From: Octopus bimaculoides
Taxonomy: Eukaryota
Length of the DNA stretch: 64,000 bases
Direction of reading: 5' to 3'
NCBI RefSeq assembly: GCF_001194135.2
Contig: NC_068988.1
Span: 4,743,179-4,807,178 of the forward strand
In this document: one piece after another, positions 26,582-41,590 of the stretch
Position numbering within the stretch: position 1 is the first letter of the stretch
How the letters are laid out: the number at the start of each line of letters is the position of its first letter
Notes under the pieces: model-generated
Database searches by the model: none
The model's input: the letters and a program-made list of their open reading frames with translations, nothing else
Told to the model about the DNA's origin: nothing
Program-made: the position numbers and the translations under genes

Positions 26582-27882
26582 ACAGTGATCATCAACATTA
26601 TAACGGTGGTTATTCACATAAATGACATCTCCGCATGTAGTCAGGAGACAGACAACAATCACATTGTCACTCTTAAAATAACAGTCTGTGCATATTACCA
26701 AGAGTTAATAAGAGCGTTTATTAATTGCTTGTGTCGAAGAGTCTTCTCAATATTAAATTATTAATGCTGTCATAAACATTTCCAATACAATCATCTATAA
26801 TGAGAACATTGTAATTGGAATGTATTTTACTCGTAACGGATAAGCGTGTGTCTGTGTGTGTGCTTGTTTGTTTGTATATGTGCGTGTATGTCTTCTTGTG
26901 AATATAGAGATTAAGGGTAAAGAACAAAATTTCGATATACGCTGAGAAGAAACAGGAAACTTATTATTTTGACATATGCTTCATTGTTAATTTACGCCAA
27001 TCATTTAAATTCTGACCTTTGGGAATGATACTTGACTGACACAGAATTATTCTCAACATCTGTCCGAAATTACTTGGTCAGTAAGAGAGTTTGTCGACAT
27101 GCCTTTAAATATTACATTGTTAACATTCTATTCACCATGGAATCTATATGTATATTATATACATTTATTGGACATACACAAACATATATACATATTAGAT
27201 CTAGGTTAGAAACCGGCGCTTACTTTATTGGCACGAGACCTTAAAATACAACTGAACAATGACATAATGTATACATACATACATACATACATACACACAC
27301 ATACAAGCATATATATGATATACTGGTTATAAATATATTGGATATTTACATTCATGTGTGATCGTTATTATCAATAATTATATTAAGAGAGTTTATGACA
27401 ACATTTTTGACAAACGCTGATGATTGTCCGTACAGCTCTGGAATAGTATTACGGTGCCATTTAGAATAAAAACAAAACGTCTTCTTTTACATAGGTATTG
27501 GATGGTCCAACGGAAAGTATATTTTCTCATAATTTCGAACCAATTTCTGAGTAAAGAGTTTATAATTTAGTACACTACCCAAATGCAGATGAATATACAC
27601 AATCGAGATATATTCAAAATTGGTTACAGATAGTAGAAGTCAATCAGTTACCTTGGTTGAAGCAAGATCTCCCATTTCAGGATGTCTCTTTCCTTGACGC
27701 CTACTAAATCTCGGAGACCCTGAAAAGCCCCTCTCTCCGATTTCAAAGTAAATCAAAAAGAACTATTTGTCGAAAGCATGATAATGACGAATTCAAGCTA
27801 AGAAATTAGTTTAAAGTTGTAATTACAAGAATTTCTTAAATCAGTTTTGATAGATTCGAAATGGTTTGTTATAGGATTGATG

Positions 27883-27970
<88 letters not shown>

Positions 27971-28091
27971 TGTATGTATGTATGCGTGTGTATNNNNNNN
28001 NNNGAATACTTAATTATCGTCCAAGAATAAGTATTCAACTATAATATTCAAGGTTGCCATGATAAATGTGTAAAAGCGGAATGTTTTTAAA

Positions 28092-28130
<39 letters not shown>

Positions 28131-28527
28131 TTTGTAATTTCAATAATTATAGTAGTCGTACTTTATTATATGGATTCATTAATTATCGTAGTTATAATTT
28201 TTAAATGATTATATAGAGCTGTCCTTTCAAAATATTATCTGTAACATCTAGAACAATGAAATACTAATATGACAATGAAACGTTTCTTTTCTCAAGAAAT
28301 TATTCACATAGGACAACAACATTAACAACAACTTACTGTTTATGTTACACTATGAAAATAAATATCCTTAAATATGAGAAGCATTGCATATAAATGTTAG
28401 GCATCAGAAACATCGAACATTTAAAATATACTACACTACTAAAACCCGTACAGCAGTTGTTACATAGAGTTAAGTTCCTTTGGAATTTCGTATCAAAGAT
28501 ACCACAGCTAACCAGATTTAAATGTTA

Positions 28528-28606
<79 letters not shown>
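28528..28606. repeat. (AAT)n microsatellite
   Basis: Directly visible; similar tracts at ~3990-4043, 4471-4538, 44102-44220 and (TAT)n at 54394-54464. Confidence 0.97.
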
Positions 28607-28994
28607 GGGTATTTCGGAAATATAGTAATACACCTTGGAATGCAAAAAGTGGAAAATAACCACAAGCACGTGATTTTATAAAATCGATTTAAGTGGGGTT
28701 TTTTTTTTTCAAATAAATAAATAAATGTTTATTTAAGGGTCAATATAAACCAGACACAACATTCGTTAATTCTGTTTCGTCCCTTAAACGTTTTATGATT
28801 AGTAATGAGGTTTTAATTGTATGTTTAATAATATCAAAAGTATCTCTTTATATGTACATACACACACATAGATATAGTAAAAAAGATGTAATTTCAAGTA
28901 ATTGCGCGTGTGTATACACATACATACATTTGTATAGAGATAATTATATAATGTTTATATATGTTAAAAAATGTCACTCATTCCCATATATATA

Positions 28995-29100
<106 letters not shown>

Positions 29101-31142
29101 TATGTGCACTTACAAGAAGAGTAGCTGTAGAATTTCATTGTTCAATTTTGAATAAAAACGATCAGACTCGAACTCAGTCAAGCCTTCAATGTAACACAGG
29201 TAAAATTTATATACATACATACATGCTCATACACACAAACAATGTGTTAAGATAACTTGTAGCTATAATTATGGAACACAAGAAAACTGCTACCGGAATA
29301 GTAAACACCTGCTAGGAGAATGCGATGATGATAAAGTTTAGAAAATTGTGTACTTGATATGATTTAAGATATAACACAGACGTAAAGAAATATTTCTACA
29401 AAGAAAACAAGTAAATAGAAAGGAAAATGAAGGTAAAAGGAACATCAAAACTTTCAGAGAATTACTATATAGTCATATTACTTAAAACTGAACAATTGGT
29501 GTTATGGATAACTGAAAGAAAAGGGTTATTAACATATATAGTAATATACGTCTTGATATCATATTTGAATAAAATAAGTCTAATACAATTTTCAAATATC
29601 ATAAATTGCTACGTTATACAGATCAGAAGAAGAGAAAAGAAAGAAACATTGAGCATACACCACATGTGTCAGTATTTTGCTAACCCTATTAATACTCACA
29701 TACATAAGGACGGTCACTTACAAACAGATGTGTGTGTGTGTATATATATATATATATGTATAAACGCCTAAACGCCTAGATGTGTATAAACGCCTAGATG
29801 TGTGTATATATATATATATATATATGTATAAACGCCTAAACTCATACGCACATACACACACACACATATATATACATACAGTGGAAACTGATTTTGAATT
29901 TGATACCAGGGTGATAAGAAAAACCGACTGACGATTAAGGAAATAACATCTTAAGACACTAATTTTATTAACTATAAACAATTCATTCCACCGTTATGTT
30001 AAACAGTGTTCACTGTATGTATGTATTTATGTGTGTGTGTGGTTGTACGTGCGTGTATATTTATATGGATGTATATATATATANNNNNNNNNNATATATA
30101 TGCATACACACATGTAAAATATATATATAAAGATATTATTGTTTACAATAATATCAAGTGACATAACATTACTAAAAAAATACCATAAGGTAAAAAATTA
30201 TTAATTAATATTTAAAGTTGCTATTTTTAGCGTGCTGGTGCCATTTGTAACACCCTTAATTATTAATATATATGTGTGTATGTATGTGTGTGTGTATATA
30301 TATATATGTGTATATTGATAGATGCATACACACATACACGCACACACACGAAGATGTGCAAATATATAGATACATAATTATACATGTATATAAGTGTATA
30401 TTATGCATGTCCAAACACTCTTAATCACATACGTTTCAAGCATCCGTTTGTTGATATGAAATATCTATATACATATCTACACATGCATTTAGGAGTAATA
30501 TTTAAATTGGCAGAAATATGAGTAACTACAGGACGTAGATATTAAATCTCATTCAAAATTAGAATCTTTTCAAGTGCCTACATGATCATGCATTCGTGCA
30601 TGTCTTGTGCTCTCTATAATAAGTGTCATGCATTCAAGGAACTAAAGTGTGTAGAACTTCCAACCCAGGAATCAGACAAAATACAGCCATGCTCAAACAG
30701 TGGGTCTCATTACAATTTTTCTCTTAAAGATTTATAAGTAGTATTATTTCCTTTTTTAAAGAAATCTCATGATACCTCGGCCATATATAGAAAGTGTGCG
30801 TACATTTAACAGAACACCTAGATATATCAACGGATTCCCATTACCAATTCCTTTTCAAATCTTTTAAATTACAGCTGAGAAAACGTCCCAGTTTGCAATG
30901 ATTCTGTTCAGTCAATACTATCTCTCTATAATTTGTATTCTATACATCCTTTTATGTGCTAAAATACTGACCTGCATGTAATAATACATTGCAGGCAAAA
31001 TTGATTAAATATACTTATGTGCATGTTGATGTTGTTTCAGTAATTTTCAATTTTCACCGATCGTAATTACTTGTATATTTAAAATATCAGAGGAGAATCA
31101 AGTGAATACACATATCTCCCCCTTTCTGTCTCTCTTTCTCTT

Positions 31143-31177
<35 letters not shown>

Positions 31178-31187
31178 NNNNNNNNNN

Positions 31188-31226
<39 letters not shown>

Positions 31227-31711
31227 TCATATTACATACTCATTTTGTACATGTCGAAATCTAACATATGCAGAAATAAGGTAGAACAAAAGCTGTGCTA
31301 ACGACTCCAACTAAGGCAGACACAAATGTCCATTGCTATCGTTTTATATCCTTATAATCAGACTGTCTATTTCTAAACGCTTTGATGATGTTGAAATGAC
31401 TTTCACTTCTTTATTGTAGCCACTAGGCATTTGTTTTTTTTCTTTCTCACAACAAAAATAATTGTGATGAATCAAGAATATATTTTGCATTTGGTCTTTA
31501 TGGTCCATATCTATGACAGTAGATACACTGAGTTATTTCTCCGGGAACTTATTGCTTAAATAATGTGAATTATCTTAGAACATAAAAGTTTCTGACTCTA
31601 TTTATATGCCTCAGACATTTTCTGATGTCAGGATCAGATAACCTCTTATGCTGATGACGCATATTCTGACAGAAACGTATCTTCAAGGTGTGTATATACA
31701 TACATGTGCTA

Positions 31712-31801
<90 letters not shown>

Positions 31802-33125
31802 CACGCACACACACACAAACACATATATATATCTTCTTCATTCAAAAATTTATCGCTCGGATTTTCTGGATTTTCAGTTACACGCGTACACGACATTACA
31901 TTACATTCTAATTGATTATTCCATCGACTGTCAGACCATTACAAATGAGTAGCTTTCTGTGACAGCCGTACGATTCTCTGAATCTATATTTTATACTACT
32001 TCTTTCTCTCTCTTTCTATGAACACACACACACACATATATAGTAGAAATATCATCTTGCAAACTTCCGACGGAATAAATTCAGGCCATATCCATAAGAC
32101 ATGGGATCGTCCATGAATTCTTTTCGTTGATATTTTCAGTATATAGTTTGCACTTGATTGAATGGTGTTAACAGTTTTAAGGCTAATGGGGTGAGGTAGT
32201 GTTCCAGGGGGTATTGGAATGGTGGAAGCGTTGGTAATTAATTGCTTAAGTAATGTGGTGTGGAAATGTGATATTAGATACTTGTTGGGAATTGTATAGT
32301 AATATACTTAGCAAAAGCAGAGTACATGTTTAAGTACAAGAGTTGATATTTGATAAACAATGGAGATGAAATTAATTTAACATGGATATGTTTGAATATC
32401 AAATATTAATTATGAATAAAGGTAAAGATGGATGAAATACTTGTTTATTCTTAACCATACAGTCATACGAACACCGATACTAGTTTTGTGTAAGTGTTTG
32501 AGCATGGGTTGTGGTACGTTGAATGCTGTAGTTTATTTTTGAGTCGTGGTAGTCACAAATGCACACACTCAGCCACACAGATATATACAAGCTCAAACAC
32601 AGCCACACACATTTATATCCCATACATGTACATAACCACATATACAGTTATGAACTTCGTATTATATATATAGTCTGTTAAAGTCTGTCATACCGGCCAT
32701 GACGAAGGGAAATAGCCCTGAAACTCGAGTCGCCTTTATATATATATATTTATATTTATATATTTATATATTTGATCCTTTATATTGAACACTCAATATT
32801 TCATCTACATTCAATACTTTCTTTCATGGTGCCATCCATTTTTATTTTATTTTATTTTATATTGTATATTGTATATCATATTATATATTGTATATTCCAT
32901 ATTCTATACCCCACATTAGTTCTGCAGGAATATAAATAAAACNNNNNNNNNNNNNNNNNNNNNNNNNNNNNNNNNNNNNNNNNNNNNNNNNNNNNNNNNN
33001 NNNNNNNNNNNNNNNNNNNNNNNNNNNNNNNNNNNNNNNNNNNNNNNNNNNNNNNNNNNNNNNNNNNNNNNNNNNNNNNNNNNNNNNNNNNNNNNNNNNN
33101 NNNNNNNNNNNNNNNNNNNNNNNNN

Positions 33126-33178
<53 letters not shown>

Positions 33179-35719
33179 ACATGAACTCTTCCATCGTTAA
33201 ACGACGTATGAGACTTCTACAACTTTTTGCTGAACAACCGCACAGATGATCCATCAATTCGATATTACTTGTACCGGTGCACGACGTGCTACACATCTGA
33301 TAACGAAAAGAGCGCTGAGCAACGTGAAATAAAGTGTTTTCTCAAGAGCACATCGCAACGCCCGGTCTGGGAATCAAAACCAGGATCTTGCAGTCGTGAA
33401 TGCAACATCCTAACCACTAAGCCATGCACCTGCATGTATACATGATGCGGAAAAGGAGTTAACTACTCCGAAATGCAAGCTCCTATTAGTATGGCTAGGG
33501 ATTGCTTTTAACTGACTTGGCGTGTTTACACTTATCTGTCTACAGCGAGAAATTTTCTCCATGATAAACTACAGTAAATGGCTTTCTAACGTGCTTAAAG
33601 ATGCCTCGAGCTTATTTGATAAGGTAACAAGATTTTGCATATATATANNNNNNNNNNNNNNNNNNNNNNNNNNNNNNNNNNNNNNNNNNNNNNNNNNNNN
33701 NNNNNNNNNNNNNNNNNNNNNNNNNNNNNNNNNNNNNNNNNNNNNNNNNNNNNNNNNNNNNNNNNNNNNNNNNNNNNNNNNNNNNNNNNNNNNNNNNNNN
33801 NNNNNNNNNNNNNNNNNNNNNNNNNNNNNNNNNNNNNNNNNNNNNNNNNNNNNNNNNNNNNNNNNNNNNNNNNNNNNNNNNNNNNNNNNNNNNNNNATAT
33901 ATAAGTCAAAAATACATTGCAAGATATTTAGGATGTCGAAGATGATTTTGTGGATATTGACGGAAGTGGGTGTGCTGGGATGACAAGTTTCAGGTCCAAA
34001 GTGGTTGCCTCTTACTGTAGCGTGTTTCCAAAGATTAATATATGTTACTAGAGAGATAGTGAGAGGGAAAGAGAGAGAGAGGAAGACAGAAAGTCTTATT
34101 GAACATAAGGGCTATTTCTGGGATGCATTCTTGACAGTTATTCAGTATGTCAGACTGAGGTATCAAACCTGGAACACTACGGTTGCGAAACGAACTTCTT
34201 AACCATACAACCATAGATGCAACCATTATAGCTTTAAATAAGTTCCACTTAATAGTGAACAGCTGAGAATTTTATTGTAAGTAGACAATTAGAGACCGTT
34301 ATCACATAGCCATTTACTTCTTTAGCTACAAGTATTTTCTTAATAGCATGCGACACGCGTTTTAATTTCATTATTCAATTCTCTACATTCTATAATTGAA
34401 TTTATGTTGATAAACAAAAAGATTTTTAACATAAAAAGAAAGTTTTGTTTCTCATTATTTAATTGTGGTTTTAATGAAATTCTGCGTTTATACTTAATGA
34501 ATTTAATATGATCAAAATTCCATTTGCCTTTTGAAAAAATTGTTTTTTTAATTTTTTTATTTATTTTTGGAGAGTACTATACACTTTTGTTTTCTACATG
34601 AATATTTCTGGCAAATTTTCAAATATGTTTTCTTTTCAAGTAAATGCTTACCTGTTTAGTAGGATAAAGTTTAATAACCTACCTAACCACAGCTTTGTGA
34701 TGAATAGCAACAGCACAATATACCGTTCCAAACACTTAGAATATTGCAAAATACTGGGTTTTGTTAACAATTCTCTTTATGTTTATTAATTTCCCCCTTT
34801 ATCCTAATATTCACATTTTCAATTAACAATCTCACAAGAGTTTCGGAAGCAGTATTACCACACGGAATTTTACCAATAAAGTTATTTTGACAAGCTCATA
34901 AAAATCGCTTTTTTCAACGTTAAACGCATTAAATTTTCGCAGTGTCATCATCTCTGCAATGACGTCAAAGTTTATTCCGAACAAAATTGTTATTTACCCA
35001 TACAACAGCAAGCATCATCCAGTTTATCAAAATAATTTCAACATAATGCAGTATTCTAAAACCGAACTAACCGTTTTCGTTTATAAATAATCACCAAAAT
35101 TCTTGCAGTTGGAATCAGTAAAATCACAATTATATAAATTGCTTGATATAATTAAGCCACAGTGAAAAAGTAATGTCTGCAATGTACAAAAACAACGTCG
35201 CGGCTAACGTTGAGTTAGATTTGCTGTTTTATAGCACAACGCATTGACTAAATTTCTACATTGCCATTGTAATACATTATTGGGCCATTTTATTCAAATG
35301 CTTATACATATGTTATGTATTTACAGAGAATCATACGGCCAACACTACCGTATCATACAGGAACGAAAGAAAACAACGCTTCAAGTGGGATAAACATTAT
35401 TTGATATTATGTAAAACATGTTTTTATACACACTTTCAAAGTATTTACTTATATATTCATTATTTACATATATATATTTCTCTATCCATCTCTTGGCACA
35501 ATATGATCTTATAACAGAAAATTCTTTCTTCTTTTCTTTATAAATTAATCAGTAGTGCTTCACTCATATTGAATGTCTAAACCAAAATAAATTTTTTAAA
35601 AATTACTAGAAAGATCGAAATTACTGACATTACATGGAATTTTCTGAGAAAATGTAACATAGAGTAGTATGTTTTTTTTTTAACTTCTTTCCTTATTGTG
35701 TCATCAAGTTCCTTTCTGC

Positions 35720-36130
35720 TAGTTATAGGTGCTTCTTTGTAGCTCACCGCCATCATTCATCGCAAGTCGCTGTCTGTTCCCAGGCAATTATACTGTCATC
35801 AACTCCATTTAAATATGGCTTCGTGTATATCATTATTAGGAAGATCAAAGCACCCTCTACGAAGTCTACCACATTTCAACTCACTGAAATTTGGCAACGT
35901 TCCTTGGGAACCAAGGATCATCTATATTAATCACTCAATGGAACTTCATCTCCAGCAACAATGCCGAATGCTAGGCATATTGTCCATGTGGGTGTAAAGA
36001 AGCTTTTCAGATGAAGATGGTGTTTTGCTCTGAAATATTCATTAGCGATTGCAAATAGCATAACTGATGGGTTTATCGAGCTGTCCATGGCAATTGTAAT
36101 ATTGGAACGGAACGATTATGAAACGTTGAT
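35720..36130 (-). mobile_element. Decayed RTE-like LINE, post-RT C-terminal region
   Basis: Minus frames: ILQLPWTAR*THQ...NISEQNTIFI*KASLHPHGQYA*H, then GRLRRG, then AWEQTATCDE*WR. These are collinear with the RTE I.WT.R.TN / GH..R / GKR.RGRP / W...A.DR..WR motifs. Confidence 0.55.
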
Positions 36131-38934
36131 CCATATATTAGGTCGTTTCAGGATATGACAACTTAATTCAAATACAGAAAAATATACTGGAACTATGCAC
36201 AACTTATCAACTAGTTGTGACCAACAACTTCCTGAAAAGTACACTTACGGTAACTCCATTCAGTCGCTACAATAGCATTGTAAACATAAGGCAGAGTCTG
36301 ATAGCTCAAGTTTACAAAATTGTAGCCTTCCTGAGAACAAATTCAGAATTCTGGAAGCAGAGGTTTAATGTTTTCGTATATTTCCGAATATTTCCGACCA
36401 TTCCTGAAACGACTCGGAGACACACTCCTATTAAACCACTTATTATGCTTGACTTATATACTCGAGTACAATGACACCCCTCCACACACACGTACATATA
36501 CCCACAAATATGCATACTCACATAATTTACAAATATGTGTATATAGATTTATGTATATGTAGATTTGTGTGCGTGTGCGTGTGTGTGTGTGCATACATAT
36601 GTCTTTGCGTGCACTCAAAACTAAGACCGTGATCAACTCGAAAGACAAACCGAGAATAGTTTGATACAAAAAGGGGAGAGAAGAAGCCAAATGGCCGCTC
36701 TCCGATTTCCTCTCCTGCGTAGATCAATTGTGCCCTACTCAAGCGATATAAAAGAGTGAATTCGGGGCAGTGTATGGAAGAAAGATTAAAGAGATAGACG
36801 GGATGCCTTGCAGTCTCCGTGTTGGCTCATTTTCTTTCTAGTGACAACTCCTACGATGACACTGCTGCCGAGCCCTACTTCTTTCTTGGACATCCTCAGT
36901 GCCATAAGAAACTAGGATACATGGGCAACACAAAGTTTTCCACAAAGATCTTGCCCACGCTTACGCTTTCCAAAGGAATTTTCCAGATGCAAAACTCCTG
37001 GCCCGCCATTACTGAATGGGGATCTACGTTTGCATATACAAACTTGGACTTAAGTTTATATGTAATTTTTATACGTATGGATGTTTGTAAATGTATAGTA
37101 TATAGGGAAGTAGATGCATGAAGTAATATATCAAATACTTCCATAACAATATGACATGCTTAATAGAAATAAATATTATTTCGATTTGCATAAAATGTGC
37201 AAGTGTTTACACGTTTTGGTATCAATGAATTTATATGACTTTATAGGATTCTGTGTGATCCTGTTCGCAATTGTTTCTATTTCGATGTTCAAAGCGTAAA
37301 TTGCTATCATTATTATAATATTCTACTAAACGTATAAACTTGTTGTTATTAACAAAGAAACTCGCGGCTAATTTCATTTCGTAGAGTTATAGCAATTATA
37401 TGGCAGGTTTAACAGTGCCACTTAAGATCAAACAAAATTATGAATTTCATAACGTATCGGTTATGTAGTGTTTAACTAAGCGTTACTAGTCCACAAATGT
37501 TTGATTTAAAGCTGAAACCAACCAACAGTCTCCGTAGTACTTAAGAACATAGGATTAAACATTCTATTATACAACTCTTACATTTATCACGTGTCCTGCT
37601 TTCTCTTTTAATGTTTTCGTTCTGTGCAAATAATGGATATTTTGTTACTTAGAGTATGCGTGTAAATATGAAAGTGCGGAAAACGATTATAAAGCTTGTA
37701 AATGTATACAATGAAAACACTAGTTTCACGTAAAGACATTTAAGGGATTTCGTTATTCAAACACATTTTAAATGGGTTCATTTGTCAATATTTATGAAGC
37801 AGATATTCTGTAAAAATATACCTTTTCACCCTTCGATACTAAATAGAAGGATATTTGATTGAAAAAGAAAATAGGAACTGAAATAACACCAATATATTTT
37901 TTCAGACAAATTTGTTTAAGTCAACGTTTGCTTAATACTGTGATGTCGTTGAAAGATCATCCTTAAAGCGACTAAGCATTAAAGCTGTCGACATTAATGT
38001 CGTACAGAGTTACTTAAGATCTTGTTTAGAAATTGCATCAGATACAAAAGATAAACGTTCTACCTAACATCATTAGTTGCATCGTCGGAGAACCAGTTTT
38101 AATTTAAACCTATATCAATAGGGATATCTAGATGCAAAGAGCATTATTTATGTGCTAGTTTTGTGATCTGCTCTTTAATCAGACACAGGAAAAGTACCAT
38201 TTGTTGATACGGAGTGTCTTTCAAACGTTCCTAGCGTAATAAGAAATGATAATATACGAAGTTATATTCTAGGTAGCGTTCTTTTCTTCGCTGTTATGGC
38301 TACAGTGTTTCAGCTGTTGTAATTTTAAGTCTACTTTCAAGGATTCACGTTGTCGGTAACGTTCACAAACTTTTTAACACAACTCCTATTGTAATCACTC
38401 AATGGCAACAGGGAAAGTTGTTCTCTTTCTGCTGTTAATGCAAGAGGTTTCTTTTCCCATATGTCTGATTATTCGTCTTACTTCAACCAGAATATACAGA
38501 TTCACTGATAAAGGGATTAGGCGATCAAATGACATCACAAGTACGAGGATAACTAATGAGGGAAATATCGCTGGTATTGAGAGTGATATGAGAACACTCT
38601 AAACTCGGACAAGAAATGAAAGATTCGGGGCGAAATTTCGAGAAAGTTACCCAACAAACAAACAACTAAAGGTGGGAAAAAGTTCTTTGATTATAACAGT
38701 TTTAAATATATCAATATATAATAATGTTAATTCCTCTTCAATTCAAATAAAAAATTTGTGAGAAACGTGTCTGCATGTTCCATTGGAAACTTGTTATCAC
38801 TGGGGTTATGTGAAAATATTTAATATATAAATACGATAGATGAGATTAATAACGAAGTCTAAAATTAATGGGAATTAATATTGAAGTTTAAATAATGAGG
38901 GAAATGCATTTCTATCTTCTCCCCTCTCTTTCGC

Positions 38935-38999
<65 letters not shown>

Positions 39000-41479
39000 C
39001 TCCTTTATTTCTCTGTCTTTATCACTCTTTGTCTGAAGTATTCCATTAACGCAATCACTTTGATATGATAGAAATTTGAAAAAGGGTAAAAATATCAATA
39101 TTGGAAAACTGCAATAACTACGAAGTAGAAGGTGCAAACGAATAAATATTAGGTGGAAATGAAACCGAATATTGAATTCTAAACAATATGCATGACAGAT
39201 TTTAAAGTACAAGGACTATAAACATTCAAAAGATTCCAGAATAAAATAGCTTTATGTATGAGACATAACTCCTGCAACCACTTAAACTTAGGGTTGTGGA
39301 TCAGCAAGTCTCTACACAGAGAATTCTAGTTTTACAATTGAACTGATGCTAATATGGCGGAACTATTCAATTTCCGAAATGTGCAACTGTAAAAATAAAA
39401 CTTATGTCAGTTTTTAAAAAATCTCTTATCAAGAAAATGAATTTTGATAAAAATGCAGGAAATATAAGAAATAACATTTTCGTTTAAGATATACAAAATA
39501 TTTTGGAAATGTTTATTCTTGTTTCTTTGACTTCTCTCAGTATTGCAAATTCTTTAAAATTAGATTCTACTGTATGCAACGCTACAATTTATTTTATATC
39601 AGAAAATATACCAATAAAATGAAGAACAGATTCAAGAAAATATTATGTCTAGTGTTGTTGTTGTTGTTGATGTTGTTGTTTTTGTTATTGTTGTTGTTTT
39701 TTGTTGTTGCTGTTGTTGCAATTGTTTTTATTGTTGTTGCTGTTGTTGTTGTTGTTGCTGGTGGTGTTTCAACCCTGGCCAACCCTGATTGGGCAGACTT
39801 AGGCATTCCAGCCATAATCTGTCCGTGTTCTTCACGGCATCGAAGATGACATTATCCAATTTAGTATTTCCTTACAGAAGATGGTGGGTTGTGATTTGAG
39901 AGTGATTTGGCTACCATTTCTTGTAAGTCGAGCAACAAAATCTCTCTGATGGTCTCATAATATGTGATGTTATTTAACTTGGTTATTTCGACTCTTCCGT
40001 TTGAAATGATTTTGTGAAATATTAGGTTTTACTGATTGAAAGAATGGCATATCATAAAATTACCCACGATTCTTCTAAGTTAATGAGTAATACCAATTAA
40101 ATAACAAAGTAAATAATAACCTAAAAACTCCATATATGGATGGGCCATAAATTGTAAATGAGTCTGTAATTCCTTTCTCAGGAAATAAACGTTATTGAAA
40201 TTTTAAGAGAATGCTAAGCAACGTAAGGAAAGTCGATATCAAGGAGATTCATTTAACCTCTTTAAACAACAGAAGCTCTTGAGGGCGTCTCTAACCATTT
40301 GTGTATTCCAAATTGAATCTGATAAAGGTTCGGCAAATTAATTTTTCTCTTTAACCTTAAATTAATCAGGGTAGAAGCTTCCAAGCAAAGTTTGAAGGAT
40401 TTTCCGAGAATGGAATACAAGCAAAAGGTCTAGCCACATAAATTATGTTAGTTTAACTAAGACGACATGGTGAAGAATTTTATGGTCAGTGCAATGACTA
40501 ATTGAATATAAATGTGATTGCGACCCTCGCATAGGAAACAGATCCAAAATTGGTGCAAATCGATCTGTTCCATAACAACCAGTTGCTGCATCATCAAACA
40601 TGTATCTGAGGCAGACAGAACTCGCAAATGGATAGAAGCTTCATCTAAGGTGATATCAATTATCGTGAATGTATGTTTAGCAACAATATTTAAAACCAAT
40701 TCTGTTTTTATATGAAAGAGAAACTAAAGTAATTCATACCTCATTCAATCTATGTTATTAAGGAATTATATTTCTCATGCCAATAAAATCTTACAGCATA
40801 TAATTTACATATGGCTAACACATTAACATAAATGATGAGATTTTAAATCAGTAGATGTATCATCAAAATATAAAGTCAAATACGTTAACATAAAATTAAT
40901 GACTAATTTGTTATATTTGCATACAATTCCGTTTTAAAACATTATTTATTGTTATAATTTTGCAAACATTTTTATAGTGTTGTCTATTTTTGTGATATGT
41001 CAGCAAAATGCAAATATACAGATAATTAATCTCTTCAGCAGAAATGATGACATGGCTTAATTTGGAGTCTGTATTTCCCAGTTATTGACATTCGACTATT
41101 TATAGTAGGATATGAAATATTAGCAGAGTAAATTATATTTTCTATATTAAATTTTATCAGATATTAAAATATCAGTTATTGCTATATTGGAAGAATGTAC
41201 GAATGCATAATCGTAGACAAGAATGATGGAGAAATTTAATCATCGCTTGGACAAGAGCAAAGGTTGCATCCTTAACTTTTTCAGAGACCTTATTATTGAT
41301 GGGAAGGGGTGAAGAAAAAAGGTACCTCAAGTTGATGACAGATCTCACTGTTTAAAACAGGGTGAATGCTTCCGCTAAAGATAGATCAGGGCCAGGTAAC
41401 GAAGTCTATCATCCAGTGAAGTTCCGCAAGATTCAGAATACAAATGGATGGAAAAAATACCGCAAGGCATAATTTTGTC

Positions 41480-41590
41480 CGACAATTTAATATTTAATGC
41501 CAATCCGACACGTTTGACTTTTACTTTATTTTATCGACCCCATAAGGATGGGAGGTAGTTTCACTTCGTTGGGATTTGAAATTAGATGTT
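41480..41590 (-). mobile_element. Highly diverged SINE family A fragment
   Basis: tttatcgaccccataaggatg...gggatttgaa matches the reverse complement of the family A core. Confidence 0.45.

Noticed and set aside
34960-34967. TGACGTCA (CRE palindrome)
   Set aside because: One 8-mer in 64 kb is expected by chance and there is no promoter context.
35895-35930. DDPWFPR resembling the aromatic amino acid hydroxylase PWFPR motif, and a nearby NP-containing GPCR TM7-like string
   Set aside because: No continuing similarity; the region is better explained as an RTE relic.
40457-40700. Minus frame YPFASSVCLRYMFDDAATGCYGTDRFAPIL, a GPCR ECL1/TM3-like fragment
   Set aside because: Cys-to-DRF spacing is about 8 residues too short, there are no flanking TM segments, and a stop lies immediately upstream; likely chance.
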